Counted from the stretch's first letter, positions 1-9,878 are shown. The stretch is 64,000 nt of DNA from an uncultured virus (IMG/VR IMGVR_UViG_3300023081_000006) (IMGVR_UViG_3300023081_000006), one strand, 5' to 3'. A program made the numbers and translations. Notes: generated from the letters alone by a model not told the origin.

Positions 1-642
1 TGCATCACTATAATAGAAAAATAATCTAAAAGTTGTCCGGTGTACATCTTCAGGACATTTTAGTGGTTTAGGATAACCATGAAATCCTCTCTTATGGTAA
101 TCCCATATTACTACACTGTTAAATTCACACGGAAAGTCCTTTATCATATTTTCTTTTTTATGATCCCAGAACTCTAGGGCACCCTTCCATTCAGGGTCCC
201 AGTCGGGTGTTAAGTATACGATTAAGGAAAGTGCTCTGTGTAATTTTAATCTGTCGTTCCAGTTAAAATCTGTATGAACTTTTAAACTGTCGCCATTCCA
301 AGATTTAGAATATCCTGCTCCTACTAGATAAGGATCAGAAATTAAATCATCTCTTCCTACTAATTTGCACAACCATTCCATGCCCAAAGCGCCATGTAAT
401 CCTTCAATAAATTCTCTAGCGACTGGCATGTGTTCTGTTTTTATACACTCCTGCATCCGACTACCATTTCTCTCAAAGGTAGACCAGTGATGATCAGGTA
501 TTGTGTTCGACTCCTCAAACATTCTGCGTGCTAGATTTTCTGGCAGAAAGTTTTTTAGTCTTACATGTGGTACCGGAGTCTGTGTACTATACTCATCATG
601 TAGTTCAAAGGCATTGTGCGTTGCCGTAATGTAATCTATCAA
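1..642 (-). CDS. 2OG-Fe(II) oxygenase, partial (3' end runs off the window)
   Basis: Not in the ORF track. Manual translation from TTG at 642: MIDYITATHNAFELHDEYSTQTPVPHVRL...LKVHTDFNW...LIVYLTPDWDPEWKGALEFW...GFHGYP. Has the HxD...H triad. Confidence 0.8.
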   Translation of the reverse strand, partial: MIDYITATHNAFELHDEYSTQTPVPHVRLKNFLPENLARRMFEESNTIPDHHWSTFERNGSRMQECIKTEHMPVAREFIEGLHGALGMEWLCKLVGRDDLISDPYLVGAGYSKSWNGDSLKVHTDFNWNDRLKLHRALSLIVYLTPDWDPEWKGALEFWDHKKENMIKDFPCEFNSVVIWDYHKRGFHGYPKPLKCPEDVHRTTFRLFFYYSDA

Positions 643-645
643 TTC

Positions 646-972
646 TTATTTACCTTTAAATGCTTGAGCTCCAAAAAATGCTGCAACAATACCTGCTACT
701 GCTACAAAATATGTTGGTGCCATATCTCCTAATGTAGCTTGAGCTTGTTCTAGTCCTGCTAAACTAGCAACGACCACAGCAAAAGGATAGAGTAACATAC
801 CCCAAAGTGCAAACCAAGCCATACTACGTTGACTGTCTCGCATTGCATCCTGGTCTTCAAGTTCTTTTCTCTTAAATTCCATGTACATTGCTTTTTCTTC
901 ATCATCTACTTTACCGTCACCATTGGTGTCTGCAGGGTGGAACTCTTTAGCCTTTACTTCTTCTTCTGCCAT
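646..972 (-). CDS. Small membrane protein with an N-terminal EF-hand loop and two hydrophobic helices (holin-like?)
   Basis: DTNGDGKVDDEE loop; two hydrophobic segments; SD AAGGAG before ATG 972; late promoter upstream. Confidence 0.6.
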   Translation of the reverse strand: MAEEEVKAKEFHPADTNGDGKVDDEEKAMYMEFKRKELEDQDAMRDSQRSMAWFALWGMLLYPFAVVVASLAGLEQAQATLGDMAPTYFVAVAGIVAAFFGAQAFKGK

Positions 973-1003
973 AATAGTTCTCCTTACTAAAGTAATCAAG
1001 AAC

Positions 1004-1011
1004 TATTTATA
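1004..1011 (-). promoter_or_regulatory. gp55-dependent late promoter TATAAATA
   Basis: Exact T4 late consensus at the gene boundary, 32 nt upstream of ATG 972. Confidence 0.7.
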
Positions 1012-1753
1012 ACTTTTTTTCCCTTATGTTTTTAAATACTTTTAACAGCTCTTCTTTGTCTATTTCTGTTTTTAGTGTAGCAATTTTTATTTCACCTAAC
1101 GCCATCCTAGGGTCGTGAAAATTATAAGGCAATTTGTCTGGCATCTTTTGATAGAAAGCCTTATAGTGTTCCTTTAAATGTTCCGCGTCCTCTTCCGTAA
1201 TAGGATCGTCTAAATGTACTTCAAAGTCTGTGCTTGTCCAATATTGAGGAACAAGAAGAGATTGGTCTATATTAAAATTACCTGTTGCCACTATTTGTTC
1301 AAATGATCTTCCTTCAAGGTGAGGATAGGATAAAAACATATCTCCAAAGTTTCTTTGTAAAGTAAATTTAAAGTAATCCTCGTCTCGCAATCTAAATCTT
1401 TTTGAACCACCTTTAAACCCCCAATGCAGAGGTTGCTCAAAGTCTGCCTTCTCATACAATATTAAATAGTCTCTTAAATCTAGATAAGATTGTCTCTGTG
1501 CTGTTGTGGATTCTCCTATCCATGTTTCCAAATACTGAAACATCAATGTAGGATTTGAGAAATTAAAGTGTGCTGTTTCTGGGATTAAAAGTTCTTCACA
1601 TAAGGATCGAATTTTTTCTAAATAAAACTCTCGATCCTTGTCAAGGAAAAAGTATTCCTTCATATACTGAAGATTGTCTCTGATTGCTACAGCATGTTTT
1701 GTAGTCCAGGGATCAACTGTTTCCCATTCTATTCCGTAAAAATTTAAAATCAA
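1007..1753 (-). CDS. Hypothetical protein
   Basis: 248 aa ORF whose start overlaps the gp41 stop; no motif recognised. Confidence 0.7.
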   Translation of the reverse strand: MILNFYGIEWETVDPWTTKHAVAIRDNLQYMKEYFFLDKDREFYLEKIRSLCEELLIPETAHFNFSNPTLMFQYLETWIGESTTAQRQSYLDLRDYLILYEKADFEQPLHWGFKGGSKRFRLRDEDYFKFTLQRNFGDMFLSYPHLEGRSFEQIVATGNFNIDQSLLVPQYWTSTDFEVHLDDPITEEDAEHLKEHYKAFYQKMPDKLPYNFHDPRMALGEIKIATLKTEIDKEELLKVFKNIREKKL

Positions 1754-3123
1754 AACTTAATGCCCTCAAACCTGCTACCAAATTTAGAATTATCAAATAC
1801 AGGGCCATCATCTTTACCTGTGTCCTGAAGATCTGCTGTAGGATTTTCTAAATCAAACAATTTCATTCTTGCCCTATCAACGCCTATCATAAATCTTTTG
1901 TTTCTAGTAGGATCAGAATATCTATTCTTTAATTGTTTAACCATCATCTGTCCTAACTTTTCTATCTCCTCTGTACTTATAAGAGCAAACATTAAATCTG
2001 CTGTAGCAGGCAAGCCAAAGGACTCAGAAGTATCTGTTAGTTCTACATCACTGCTGTTGTAACCGCCCCTTGTAGTTTGTGTAGCGCTAACAATAGGAAC
2101 ATCATATTCTACAGCAAGTCCTCTTAGCTCTTCTGCTATAGACTTAATAATAGTATATGAGTTAGCAGACGATCCTGCTCTGAACCTACTAGAAGAACAG
2201 ATATTAAGATAGTCAATAAAAATAATGTCCGGAGAAAAGTTTCTTTTAAGTTTAAGTTCATTCAATAACGCTTTAAAGTGTCCTGCATGTGCCGATGCTG
2301 TTGGATATTCTTTAATAATTAGCCTACCCTGTATTTTGCTATTTATTTTAGATATCCTATCGTCAAACATAGACTTGCTTAAGTCTTTCAAATCATGTAT
2401 AGGCAAATTAAACAAGTTTGCATCTATACGTTCTGCAATCCTTTCCTCTGCCATCTCAAGAGTAATGTATAAAACATTTTTACCTTGAGATATACAAGCA
2501 GCCGCCATATGACACATAAACAAAGACTTACCTACACCCGTGCCTGCCAATGCAATATTTAATGTTTTGTTAGCAAGGCCTCCCTCTGTTATCTTGTTAA
2601 ACATTTCCAAGTCAAAGGGTAGCTTTTCTTCTAGTCTATGATAAAATTCAAAACGTTGATCAGCATTTTCGATATAATCATGTCCTACGTTGTTATCAAA
2701 ACCAACCTGTAATGCTTCTGATAACATTCCTGGAAGAGCATCAGGACCTCTTTGTTTATCCTTACCATCTATAACTTGAATGCTTTCCATAATAGCATTA
2801 TAGATTGCTTTGTCTTTACAATACCTTTCAGTTTCATCGAGAAGCCACGCCTCGTCTGTCTCTATCTGGGCAATTTCATCTACCCATTCTTGTACAGCGG
2901 GCAAGTCAGATTCAGATATACTTCTATCTTCATCTACAGAAATTCTTAATGCTTGTTTTGTGGGTGGGTCGTTGTACTTCTCAGAATACTCTACAATTTT
3001 TCTTAGAATTATTTTATGTTCACCCGAAAAATACTCTGCCTTTAAGAAAGGAATTACTTTTCGAAAGTAATTATCATTCGTTAGCAGGTTATTTAAAATT
3101 GCATCTTCAATTCTTGTCTTCAA
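1750..3123 (-). CDS. gp41: Replicative DNA helicase (DnaB-like, T4 gp41)
   Basis: Walker A LAGTGVGKS, IFIDYLNI, SATQTTRGG, SESFGLPATAD, QLKNRY. Confidence 0.97.
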   Translation of the reverse strand: MKTRIEDAILNNLLTNDNYFRKVIPFLKAEYFSGEHKIILRKIVEYSEKYNDPPTKQALRISVDEDRSISESDLPAVQEWVDEIAQIETDEAWLLDETERYCKDKAIYNAIMESIQVIDGKDKQRGPDALPGMLSEALQVGFDNNVGHDYIENADQRFEFYHRLEEKLPFDLEMFNKITEGGLANKTLNIALAGTGVGKSLFMCHMAAACISQGKNVLYITLEMAEERIAERIDANLFNLPIHDLKDLSKSMFDDRISKINSKIQGRLIIKEYPTASAHAGHFKALLNELKLKRNFSPDIIFIDYLNICSSSRFRAGSSANSYTIIKSIAEELRGLAVEYDVPIVSATQTTRGGYNSSDVELTDTSESFGLPATADLMFALISTEEIEKLGQMMVKQLKNRYSDPTRNKRFMIGVDRARMKLFDLENPTADLQDTGKDDGPVFDNSKFGSRFEGIKF

Positions 3124-3129
3124 TTAATT

Positions 3130-3510
3130 TTACTCCATAGGGTGGGTGTCTGCAATTTGTTGCAGTCCTTTACGGATATTAGTAGCAGAGATTTCCTCTA
3201 TCTTGTCTTCTAATTTTTCCTGTTCAATTTTATAACCAACGTCCCTACCATAGGTAATATGTGTTATGTTAGGAACATTCATTATAACATAATGTTCTGA
3301 AGAATAAAAGCCTTCTTTTGCCAAAGCTGTTGTAATCTGTACTGAGCGTTCGTTAAAGTCATAGGGATTACCTTCTGTTCCATCAGAAGCCCTAAGTAAA
3401 ATTACTACTTGACCAGTCTTGGAAATTGCTCTTTTAAATAGCTCTGTATGCCCTTTGTGCCAGGGCTGAAACCTTCCAAGGAGTTGAGTAGTTGGTTTTG
3501 TCCAATCCAT
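3130..3510 (-). CDS. Cytidylyl/adenylyltransferase-like (HxGH) protein
   Basis: GRFQPWHKGH motif, ISATNIR near the C-terminus, own SD AAGGA 7 nt before ATG. Confidence 0.8.
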   Translation of the reverse strand: MDWTKPTTQLLGRFQPWHKGHTELFKRAISKTGQVVILLRASDGTEGNPYDFNERSVQITTALAKEGFYSSEHYVIMNVPNITHITYGRDVGYKIEQEKLEDKIEEISATNIRKGLQQIADTHPME

Positions 3511-3845
3511 GTTTTAATCCTTAAATTGTATTTTTGTGGAGACTCAAAAATCTTATTAGTGTCTGCAAATCTTCCTGCTTTAATTGTGTCCATCCATATT
3601 ATATAGTCTGCATCTACAATATCTCTCATTTTTTTGAGTGGACAAACAAAATCAAATATACCAAAGTCGTAAAAAGACATACGATAAGCCTGCCTTAGTC
3701 TCCCCTCTTCCGTAAAATCCCAATCATCGTGCTTCTCTCTTAGTGTATCTGCATTGTAATATGGAACAAGAAAATGATATGCTAGTTCTTTTGCTAATGT
3801 AGTTTTGCCACTACCAGGAAGTCCCATGATTAAAATTTTATTCAA
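3405..3845 (-). CDS. Adenylylsulfate-kinase-like P-loop kinase
   Basis: GLPGSGKTT Walker A, NADxxR, FVCP, FESP. Confidence 0.75.
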   Translation of the reverse strand: MNKILIMGLPGSGKTTLAKELAYHFLVPYYNADTLREKHDDWDFTEEGRLRQAYRMSFYDFGIFDFVCPLKKMRDIVDADYIIWMDTIKAGRFADTNKIFESPQKYNLRIKTWIGQNQLLNSLEGFSPGTKGIQSYLKEQFPRLVK

Positions 3846-4484
3846 TTAGTTTACCTCAATATCATATACGAAAATCGTTTTATCAAAATACATTTCCATT
3901 ATGAAATTAATTACATTATACATTGAATCGTATGGCATTGCTATATCCTTGGTGACCGGATTTGTAGCTGATACACCAGAATGAATAGCACCAAGCCTTA
4001 CGTTTGAAATCCTTTTATCCTTAACGTACTCATAATGAGATTTTTTGGATTTTATATATTCTGCCATGACATCAAAATTTAAAATTTCACTATAGAAGTC
4101 TGCATCAGGTGGGCGATACATTTTTGCTTCTTCACCATACTCCTCCCACCAAACAACATGGCTTCCTATAGTTATCAATAAAGGTTTAACATTATCACGC
4201 TGAGGAACTGCATTAGATAAATTATGTGTAGGATAATGCCTCTCATAAACTTCTTTAATCATTAGTTCCTGTGAGTTATCTAAGGAAGAATGATTGTATG
4301 CCAAGTTTATAAAAACATCACATGAATTTGTAGCATCGGTAATAAAAAGACGATCCTCTGGTTTTGAAATATCATAACCGTTTGACCTGCTATATCTTTC
4401 TACTTCGTGTCCTGCTTGTTTTAGTTGCTCAAAAAGTTTAACACCGAAACCCTTATTACCACCTGTCATTACAATTTTATACAT
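3846..4484 (-). CDS. Short-chain dehydrogenase/reductase-like protein
   Basis: TGGNKGFG Rossmann motif, VFINLA, YxxxK (YIKSK). Confidence 0.75.
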   Translation of the reverse strand: MYKIVMTGGNKGFGVKLFEQLKQAGHEVERYSRSNGYDISKPEDRLFITDATNSCDVFINLAYNHSSLDNSQELMIKEVYERHYPTHNLSNAVPQRDNVKPLLITIGSHVVWWEEYGEEAKMYRPPDADFYSEILNFDVMAEYIKSKKSHYEYVKDKRISNVRLGAIHSGVSATNPVTKDIAMPYDSMYNVINFIMEMYFDKTIFVYDIEVN

Positions 4485-5349
4485 GTAATATATCTCTCAC
4501 GTCTATTCTATTTAATTGTTCATGAGGATAATCCTCACCGTCATTAAAGGCATAGCATGTTTTACATGCTTGTAAATGACTTATAGGACCATATAAAAAC
4601 TTTTCTAATTTTTCTTTGCTGTCTTTTTCGTGTAGGTTAACTCTATCTAAGCCATAGTCATATGGATTGTCTAAGCCTTCCTGTATGTAAAGTTTTTCTT
4701 TTACAAAAGATAACGGACATCTATAAAAATTTCCTTGGTGAAATCCCCAGGTACTATCCTTCATCCAACATCTTCTGAATGCTATTTCAGTTAGCATATC
4801 ATTTCTTTGAGGAGTGTTTCTATACAGCTCTTTAAAGTTTCCAGATAGAATATTCACAGTTGAATTTTTACTATGTATGTCTTTTTGAACAGCCTTGAGA
4901 TTGTCTACAACATTAGGATTGGTAATTTCATGGCACATCAAATGAGGATACTGAGCTAGTTTATTTTCTATTAGCCTGTAAATTTTATCATAGTTAATGT
5001 TTACATTTTTATAAACACTAATGTTTAAAATATCAAGTGCTTCCCAGAACTCATCTGTCATCTTTACAAGGTTTATGCCGTTACTAATTATATTAGTCTT
5101 ATAACAAAAGCCCTGCTCCTTAGGGTACTTTAAAAAGTCTACAATTCTAGGATGTAGTGTTGGCTCTCCTCCACCTATTCGTATAAGATCAATGTGGAAC
5201 CATTGTTTTAGTACATCAATATCTTTTTTATAGTCCTTAAAATTTAAAAACGTATTCTTTTTAAAGTAGGGACTTGCCATGCTACAGCGAGCACATTTAA
5301 GATTACAGTCTAATACAGGCCAAACTTCAAAGTATGTTTTCGTCCACAT
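4477..5349 (-). CDS. Radical SAM protein with a C-terminal Cys-containing (twitch/SPASM-like) domain
   Basis: CNLKCARC, GGGEPTLHP, FYRCP, ACKTCY. Confidence 0.9.
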   Translation of the reverse strand: MWTKTYFEVWPVLDCNLKCARCSMASPYFKKNTFLNFKDYKKDIDVLKQWFHIDLIRIGGGEPTLHPRIVDFLKYPKEQGFCYKTNIISNGINLVKMTDEFWEALDILNISVYKNVNINYDKIYRLIENKLAQYPHLMCHEITNPNVVDNLKAVQKDIHSKNSTVNILSGNFKELYRNTPQRNDMLTEIAFRRCWMKDSTWGFHQGNFYRCPLSFVKEKLYIQEGLDNPYDYGLDRVNLHEKDSKEKLEKFLYGPISHLQACKTCYAFNDGEDYPHEQLNRIDVRDILHV

Positions 5350-5494
5350 ATTCTCGTCTTACTTCTTCTACACAATTCTCACATATATAAAGCTCTCCGC
5401 CTTCTCCATGAAAGCAAAGAGCCCTATCGCCTTCCCAGATAGTTATTTGACATCTATCACAAGATCCCTCAGGCTTCTTCGTAGGCTTTTTCAA
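5327..5494 (-). CDS. Small zinc-finger protein
   Basis: CDRC...CENC; probable TTG start overlapping the uvsX end (start uncertain). Confidence 0.6.
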   Translation of the reverse strand: MKKPTKKPEGSCDRCQITIWEGDRALCFHGEGGELYICENCVEEVRREYVDENIL

Positions 5495-6542
5495 TGTCTT
5501 CTTCAGAAACTTCATCTTTAATAATGCCGTCGCTTGAGGATATAAGATATCTATTCTCAATCCATTTTACAAATGTTTCGTCTTTTAATACAGGCAACCA
5601 AAACTCTTTAGTGTATGTATCCTTGGCACGAACTTTAGGATCAATTGCTTCACCTGTTTCCATGTCTACTCTTTGATACCAACCATTACTAGGTTTAATA
5701 ACATGTCCAGAAGACATTGCCATATCCAAAAGTCCGGACCATTTGCTAATACCACCTTCAAAAGTTACTTCAATTGGAATTTTAGACTTCTCTCTAACAA
5801 AGCGAGACTTTTCAACATTAATAATAAAATTATAGCCTACTAGATCAGCACCTTGTTTTTCCTGCTGTCTACCAATGATGTAGATATTGTCTGCAGAATA
5901 ATAAATGCCTGTTCCACCAGAAACAATGTCTTTAGGAAACAATCCAATCTCTTTGTATGTGTGATTAACAACCACTGCAGGAATATCCTTTAGTGTTAGG
6001 TGAGGTGTAATCATTCTAAACAACGACTTCATTTGTTTAGCCCTTGTCATATCAGCTACACTCTTACCATCTAAGGCATCTTCTACTTCTTTTTTACTAG
6101 CTAAGTTTCCTACGGAGTCAACAAGAATGATAACATGATCACCTCGTTCTAATCCATTTAACTGAGACATGATATCGTGTTTAAGCTGTTCAATATCTGT
6201 AATAGGTGTATGAACAACACGATCAGTATCAATACCAAAGGTGTGAAAGTATGACTGAGGTGAACCAAACTCTGAATCGTAAAACAGAACAATGGCATCC
6301 TCATACTTATCTAGATAGGATTTAGCCAACAACAAACTAAATGCTGTCTTAAAGTGTTTAGAAGGACCTGCAAAAACTGTCAAGCCAGGTGTAAGTCCTC
6401 CATTTAGTTTTCCACTCAACGCAACGTTAAGTGCTGGAACAGACGTTTGTATTAAATCCTTTGTATTAAAAAATTTAGAATTAGATAATATTTCTGATTC
6501 TTTAATCGTGCTGTTCTTTTTTAATTTATCAAGTAAACTCAT
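5469..6542 (-). CDS. uvsX: RecA-like recombinase UvsX
   Basis: GPSKHFKT, YDSEFG, DMTRAK, SGGTG, VEKSRFVREK. Confidence 0.97.
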   Translation of the reverse strand: MSLLDKLKKNSTIKESEILSNSKFFNTKDLIQTSVPALNVALSGKLNGGLTPGLTVFAGPSKHFKTAFSLLLAKSYLDKYEDAIVLFYDSEFGSPQSYFHTFGIDTDRVVHTPITDIEQLKHDIMSQLNGLERGDHVIILVDSVGNLASKKEVEDALDGKSVADMTRAKQMKSLFRMITPHLTLKDIPAVVVNHTYKEIGLFPKDIVSGGTGIYYSADNIYIIGRQQEKQGADLVGYNFIINVEKSRFVREKSKIPIEVTFEGGISKWSGLLDMAMSSGHVIKPSNGWYQRVDMETGEAIDPKVRAKDTYTKEFWLPVLKDETFVKWIENRYLISSSDGIIKDEVSEEDIEKAYEEA

Positions 6543-6551
6543 AATATCTCC

Positions 6552-7322
6552 TTACCATTCCATACCAGACAAGAGTTTATCTAATTGCCTGACACGTCTA
6601 ATTGTATTTTGTTTTAAAGCCTCTAACATATGATTGTGATATGTTGTATTATTACATAGGTTAGCCATATGTGTCAAGTCTTTTGGTAAACATTTTCCCC
6701 CAAAACCTAAACCACCGTCGGGCCCTGGGCATTTCCAATGTGATCCTCCAATTGATACATCTCGGGATAACATCTTTTCTATACTCTCATAGTCCATACC
6801 TTGTTCTTCACAAATGTCATAAAAGTCATTTGCTAATGCTACTCGCATAGCTAGGGCTGTGTTCCTAGCCAACTTAAACATCATAGCTTCTTTACCACTA
6901 ACAATATGTATGTCCTTCAACATAAAAAAGTCTTGTAGGTATTCACCCAAAACTTTATTAGAAGTAACTATGGGAAGTTCTTTGCTAACTACATCTTCTC
7001 TCCAATGTTTCTCCCTGAGAAACTCTGGCATAAAATCCGCATCTGGGAATAAACTAACTTGATCGGGACCTATTGTACTTCTAATAATAATTTGTCCTTT
7101 ACCTTTCCATTCCTCATACACTTTTTCTAAAAGAGTAGTGTCTAAATGCTTACCATTATCTGGAGTAGGTACACAAAGAAAAACAAAATCGTATTTCTTT
7201 TGTTTACCTTCCTCATAACCCAACAAAGGATCATGTTTAGATACCTGAGCATCTGTAAACTCTAACATGTACTCTGTTGCTTTTCCAACAAAGCCATAAC
7301 CCACAATTAATGTTTTTATCAT
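6552..7322 (-). CDS. UDP-glucose/GDP-mannose 6-dehydrogenase family protein (short form)
   Basis: GYGFVG, CVPTP, RSTI, PEFLRE, GFGGKCLPKD with the catalytic Cys. Confidence 0.9.
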   Translation of the reverse strand: MIKTLIVGYGFVGKATEYMLEFTDAQVSKHDPLLGYEEGKQKKYDFVFLCVPTPDNGKHLDTTLLEKVYEEWKGKGQIIIRSTIGPDQVSLFPDADFMPEFLREKHWREDVVSKELPIVTSNKVLGEYLQDFFMLKDIHIVSGKEAMMFKLARNTALAMRVALANDFYDICEEQGMDYESIEKMLSRDVSIGGSHWKCPGPDGGLGFGGKCLPKDLTHMANLCNNTTYHNHMLEALKQNTIRRVRQLDKLLSGMEW

Positions 7323-9820
7323 GAAAATAAATCCTCCAATGTAGCAACAGGTTCAGTTGTCCAACCCATGCTTTTAACAATAGTATCCATAGGTTCTAAA
7401 AATGCCTTTTGGAACATTGTATCATAGTCAACGTACTTGTGCAAGTCAAACTCCTCGGGGAGCTTTGTAACAAATGCAACCGTATTTTCTTTTATAAGGT
7501 TAGGCTCATACAAATATAAAAATTTAATCTTATCGCCTTCCTGAATTTGTTCATACTTATGAGAAAGATTATTTTTTTCTAGATAAAAGTTGTAGAGCAA
7601 ACTACCCCTAACGTGCATAGGAGTTCCTTTGTTATAGATGTGTGAGGAACTTCTATACTTTGCCATGTTATTACACCCACGTGGAAAAGCTATTTCCTCA
7701 GGGCTCATACTTTTAAACTTAGACTTTGTGCTTTCAATAAACTTATGTAGTGTGTCCTGATCTGAGGTTAAGCAGAGTCTAACGGCTTCTCGTAAACTAT
7801 CTCGAACAGGAGCAGGTGTAGAAGAACGAACAATTTCCAAACCCATAACTTTTAAGTCTGGAGTAGAATAACGAACACCTTCATTATCCCACACGTTCAT
7901 AGCATAACGTTTCTTTGCTATCCAAATGGCCTTATCTGCGATTGCCTCACGTTTAAAGAATATTTTTTGTTCAAAGGCGTTTGTGTATTTAGCAAGTTTA
8001 CTCATTGCCTTATCAATACAGGGCTCAATCTGCTCTGTACCTATTTGATCTAGGATGTCAACAATCTTATCCTTAGGCTTGTCTTTGTAAAAAGTCTCAA
8101 CAAGGTTCTTGAGAGTAATGTAGCATGAGTCTGTGTCGGAGTAAAAGCTATATACTACCTCATTATTAGTCCCACAAACCCTGTTGAGAAAAAGGTTTAG
8201 TGCTTGTGCTGTGTCCTGAATAATATATTGTCCGGACAATGTAATACCTTCTGCAATCCTATCATCATAGTATCTAAAGTATTCATTAGCCATCGCACCA
8301 TAAAGAGAGTTAAGTTGAATCTTACGAGCCATCTGAAAATTGTTGTACTTAGCAATCTCGTTTTTGTATACGTCTGCTTTTGTTTCCTCATACTTACGCT
8401 TGGATTCCAACATCAACTTCTTATATTTCTGACGATCATCAAAAAACTTTTGTACAATCTCTGGGAAATATCCTTGCTTTTCCCGAGTAAAACAATAACC
8501 ATTAGCTGCCATTGCGTAGTTCTTATCCCGAAGTTGGGATAAGTCATAACCTTTTGTAAGTAAGTCTTTAATTTGCACATCAAATGTATAACCAGGAACC
8601 AGTGTTTCTGGAGACATGTTATACTGCATAATGATTGAGGGATACAGTGAAGTCGCATCGAAAGAAGCAACCCATTCATATTCACCGGGTACAGGCTCTT
8701 GTACATAAGCACCTGCAATATTTCTTGAGGGACGATCGGGCTTCAAGTGTATCACAACATCTTGATCGATCAAATGATTGTACAACAAACAGTCCCAAGT
8801 CCTAACAGATGAAAATACATCTGCATAATTGCACTTGCCGTCGTATGCCATTGTTAGACAAAGTTCAATTAACTTCATCTTGTCCTCAAGTTTATCTACA
8901 AGGACAGTATCAATGATGTTATACTCTACAAACCTGTTCCAGTCATTCTCATAAAACTCTCTGAAAGTATCAAACCCACTTTCAAGTTTCTTTTGTCCTA
9001 GTTCTACATCTGCAATGTAATCTAGTTTGTAGGATTCTCGGGTAATGTATGTAAACTTCTTATACAAGTCTAGGTAATCTAACTGAGCAACGCCTGTCAT
9101 CTCATACTTAACTTGCTCCCTACCACCTATCGTTAGATTTTTTCTAGCAACTAAGCCAAAGGGACTGAAACGTTTTTTATCCTCGTCACCTAAGATACGT
9201 TCTACCCTAGCAATAAGATAAGGCAAGTCAAACAGTTCTGTATTCCAACCTGTTATAACGTCAGGTGTATTAGCATTCCACCAATCTAAGAAGTTTTGTA
9301 ATAGAATTCGTTCGTCAGAACAGGGGCGATAGTCTATGTTGTAGTCCTTAGTAGCCTCGCCCGGAGTAAAGTTACCTAGTCCAAATGTTGTTATCTTTTT
9401 TGTGTTGTTGTTTTGTAAGGTTATGAGAAGAACTTTCTCAATAGGATTGTTTACATCTGGGAACCCATTCTCTGCTGTTGTTTCTATATCAATAGAATAG
9501 ATGTCGATGTGTTTAGGATCCCAGGCAATCTCGCCGGGATATTTTTCTGTGATATATTGGTAACCCCATTGTGTTTGTCCGAAGATAGGAAAGTTAGAAA
9601 CTTCCTTGTATCTATCTACAAACTCTGATGCTTCTTTGTTTGTCTCGAACTTTACAGGAGCAAGTGTTTCACCGAACATGCTCTTGTATTTAGAGTGCTT
9701 ATCTGTTTTTACATAAAGGGTGGGCTTAAAGTCGTGTCGAGAAGTAAAACGTTTACCATCTCGAACACCTCGAACTAGTATCTTGTTGCCATAGTGCTTG
9801 GCAAACGTATAAAAATTCAT
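7319..9820 (-). CDS. gp43: Family B DNA polymerase (T4 gp43)
   Basis: DIET exonuclease I motif, SFDATSLYPSII, KIQLNSLYG, YSDTDS. Confidence 0.98.
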   Translation of the reverse strand: MNFYTFAKHYGNKILVRGVRDGKRFTSRHDFKPTLYVKTDKHSKYKSMFGETLAPVKFETNKEASEFVDRYKEVSNFPIFGQTQWGYQYITEKYPGEIAWDPKHIDIYSIDIETTAENGFPDVNNPIEKVLLITLQNNNTKKITTFGLGNFTPGEATKDYNIDYRPCSDERILLQNFLDWWNANTPDVITGWNTELFDLPYLIARVERILGDEDKKRFSPFGLVARKNLTIGGREQVKYEMTGVAQLDYLDLYKKFTYITRESYKLDYIADVELGQKKLESGFDTFREFYENDWNRFVEYNIIDTVLVDKLEDKMKLIELCLTMAYDGKCNYADVFSSVRTWDCLLYNHLIDQDVVIHLKPDRPSRNIAGAYVQEPVPGEYEWVASFDATSLYPSIIMQYNMSPETLVPGYTFDVQIKDLLTKGYDLSQLRDKNYAMAANGYCFTREKQGYFPEIVQKFFDDRQKYKKLMLESKRKYEETKADVYKNEIAKYNNFQMARKIQLNSLYGAMANEYFRYYDDRIAEGITLSGQYIIQDTAQALNLFLNRVCGTNNEVVYSFYSDTDSCYITLKNLVETFYKDKPKDKIVDILDQIGTEQIEPCIDKAMSKLAKYTNAFEQKIFFKREAIADKAIWIAKKRYAMNVWDNEGVRYSTPDLKVMGLEIVRSSTPAPVRDSLREAVRLCLTSDQDTLHKFIESTKSKFKSMSPEEIAFPRGCNNMAKYRSSSHIYNKGTPMHVRGSLLYNFYLEKNNLSHKYEQIQEGDKIKFLYLYEPNLIKENTVAFVTKLPEEFDLHKYVDYDTMFQKAFLEPMDTIVKSMGWTTEPVATLEDLFS

Positions 9821-9846
9821 AATAACTCCAACACAAATAAGTCATA

Positions 9847-9875
9847 ATTATAGTATCGTTGGAGGATAATGTCAA
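9847..9875 (-). promoter_or_regulatory. Sigma70-type promoter for gp43
   Basis: TTGACA-17 bp-TATAAT, perfect consensus. Confidence 0.9.
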
Positions 9876-9878
9876 GTA

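Noticed and set aside
7319..9820. Intein or intron in gp43 (also checked gp41, gp17, gp46, uvsW)
   Set aside because: Lengths are typical and the motifs are contiguous.
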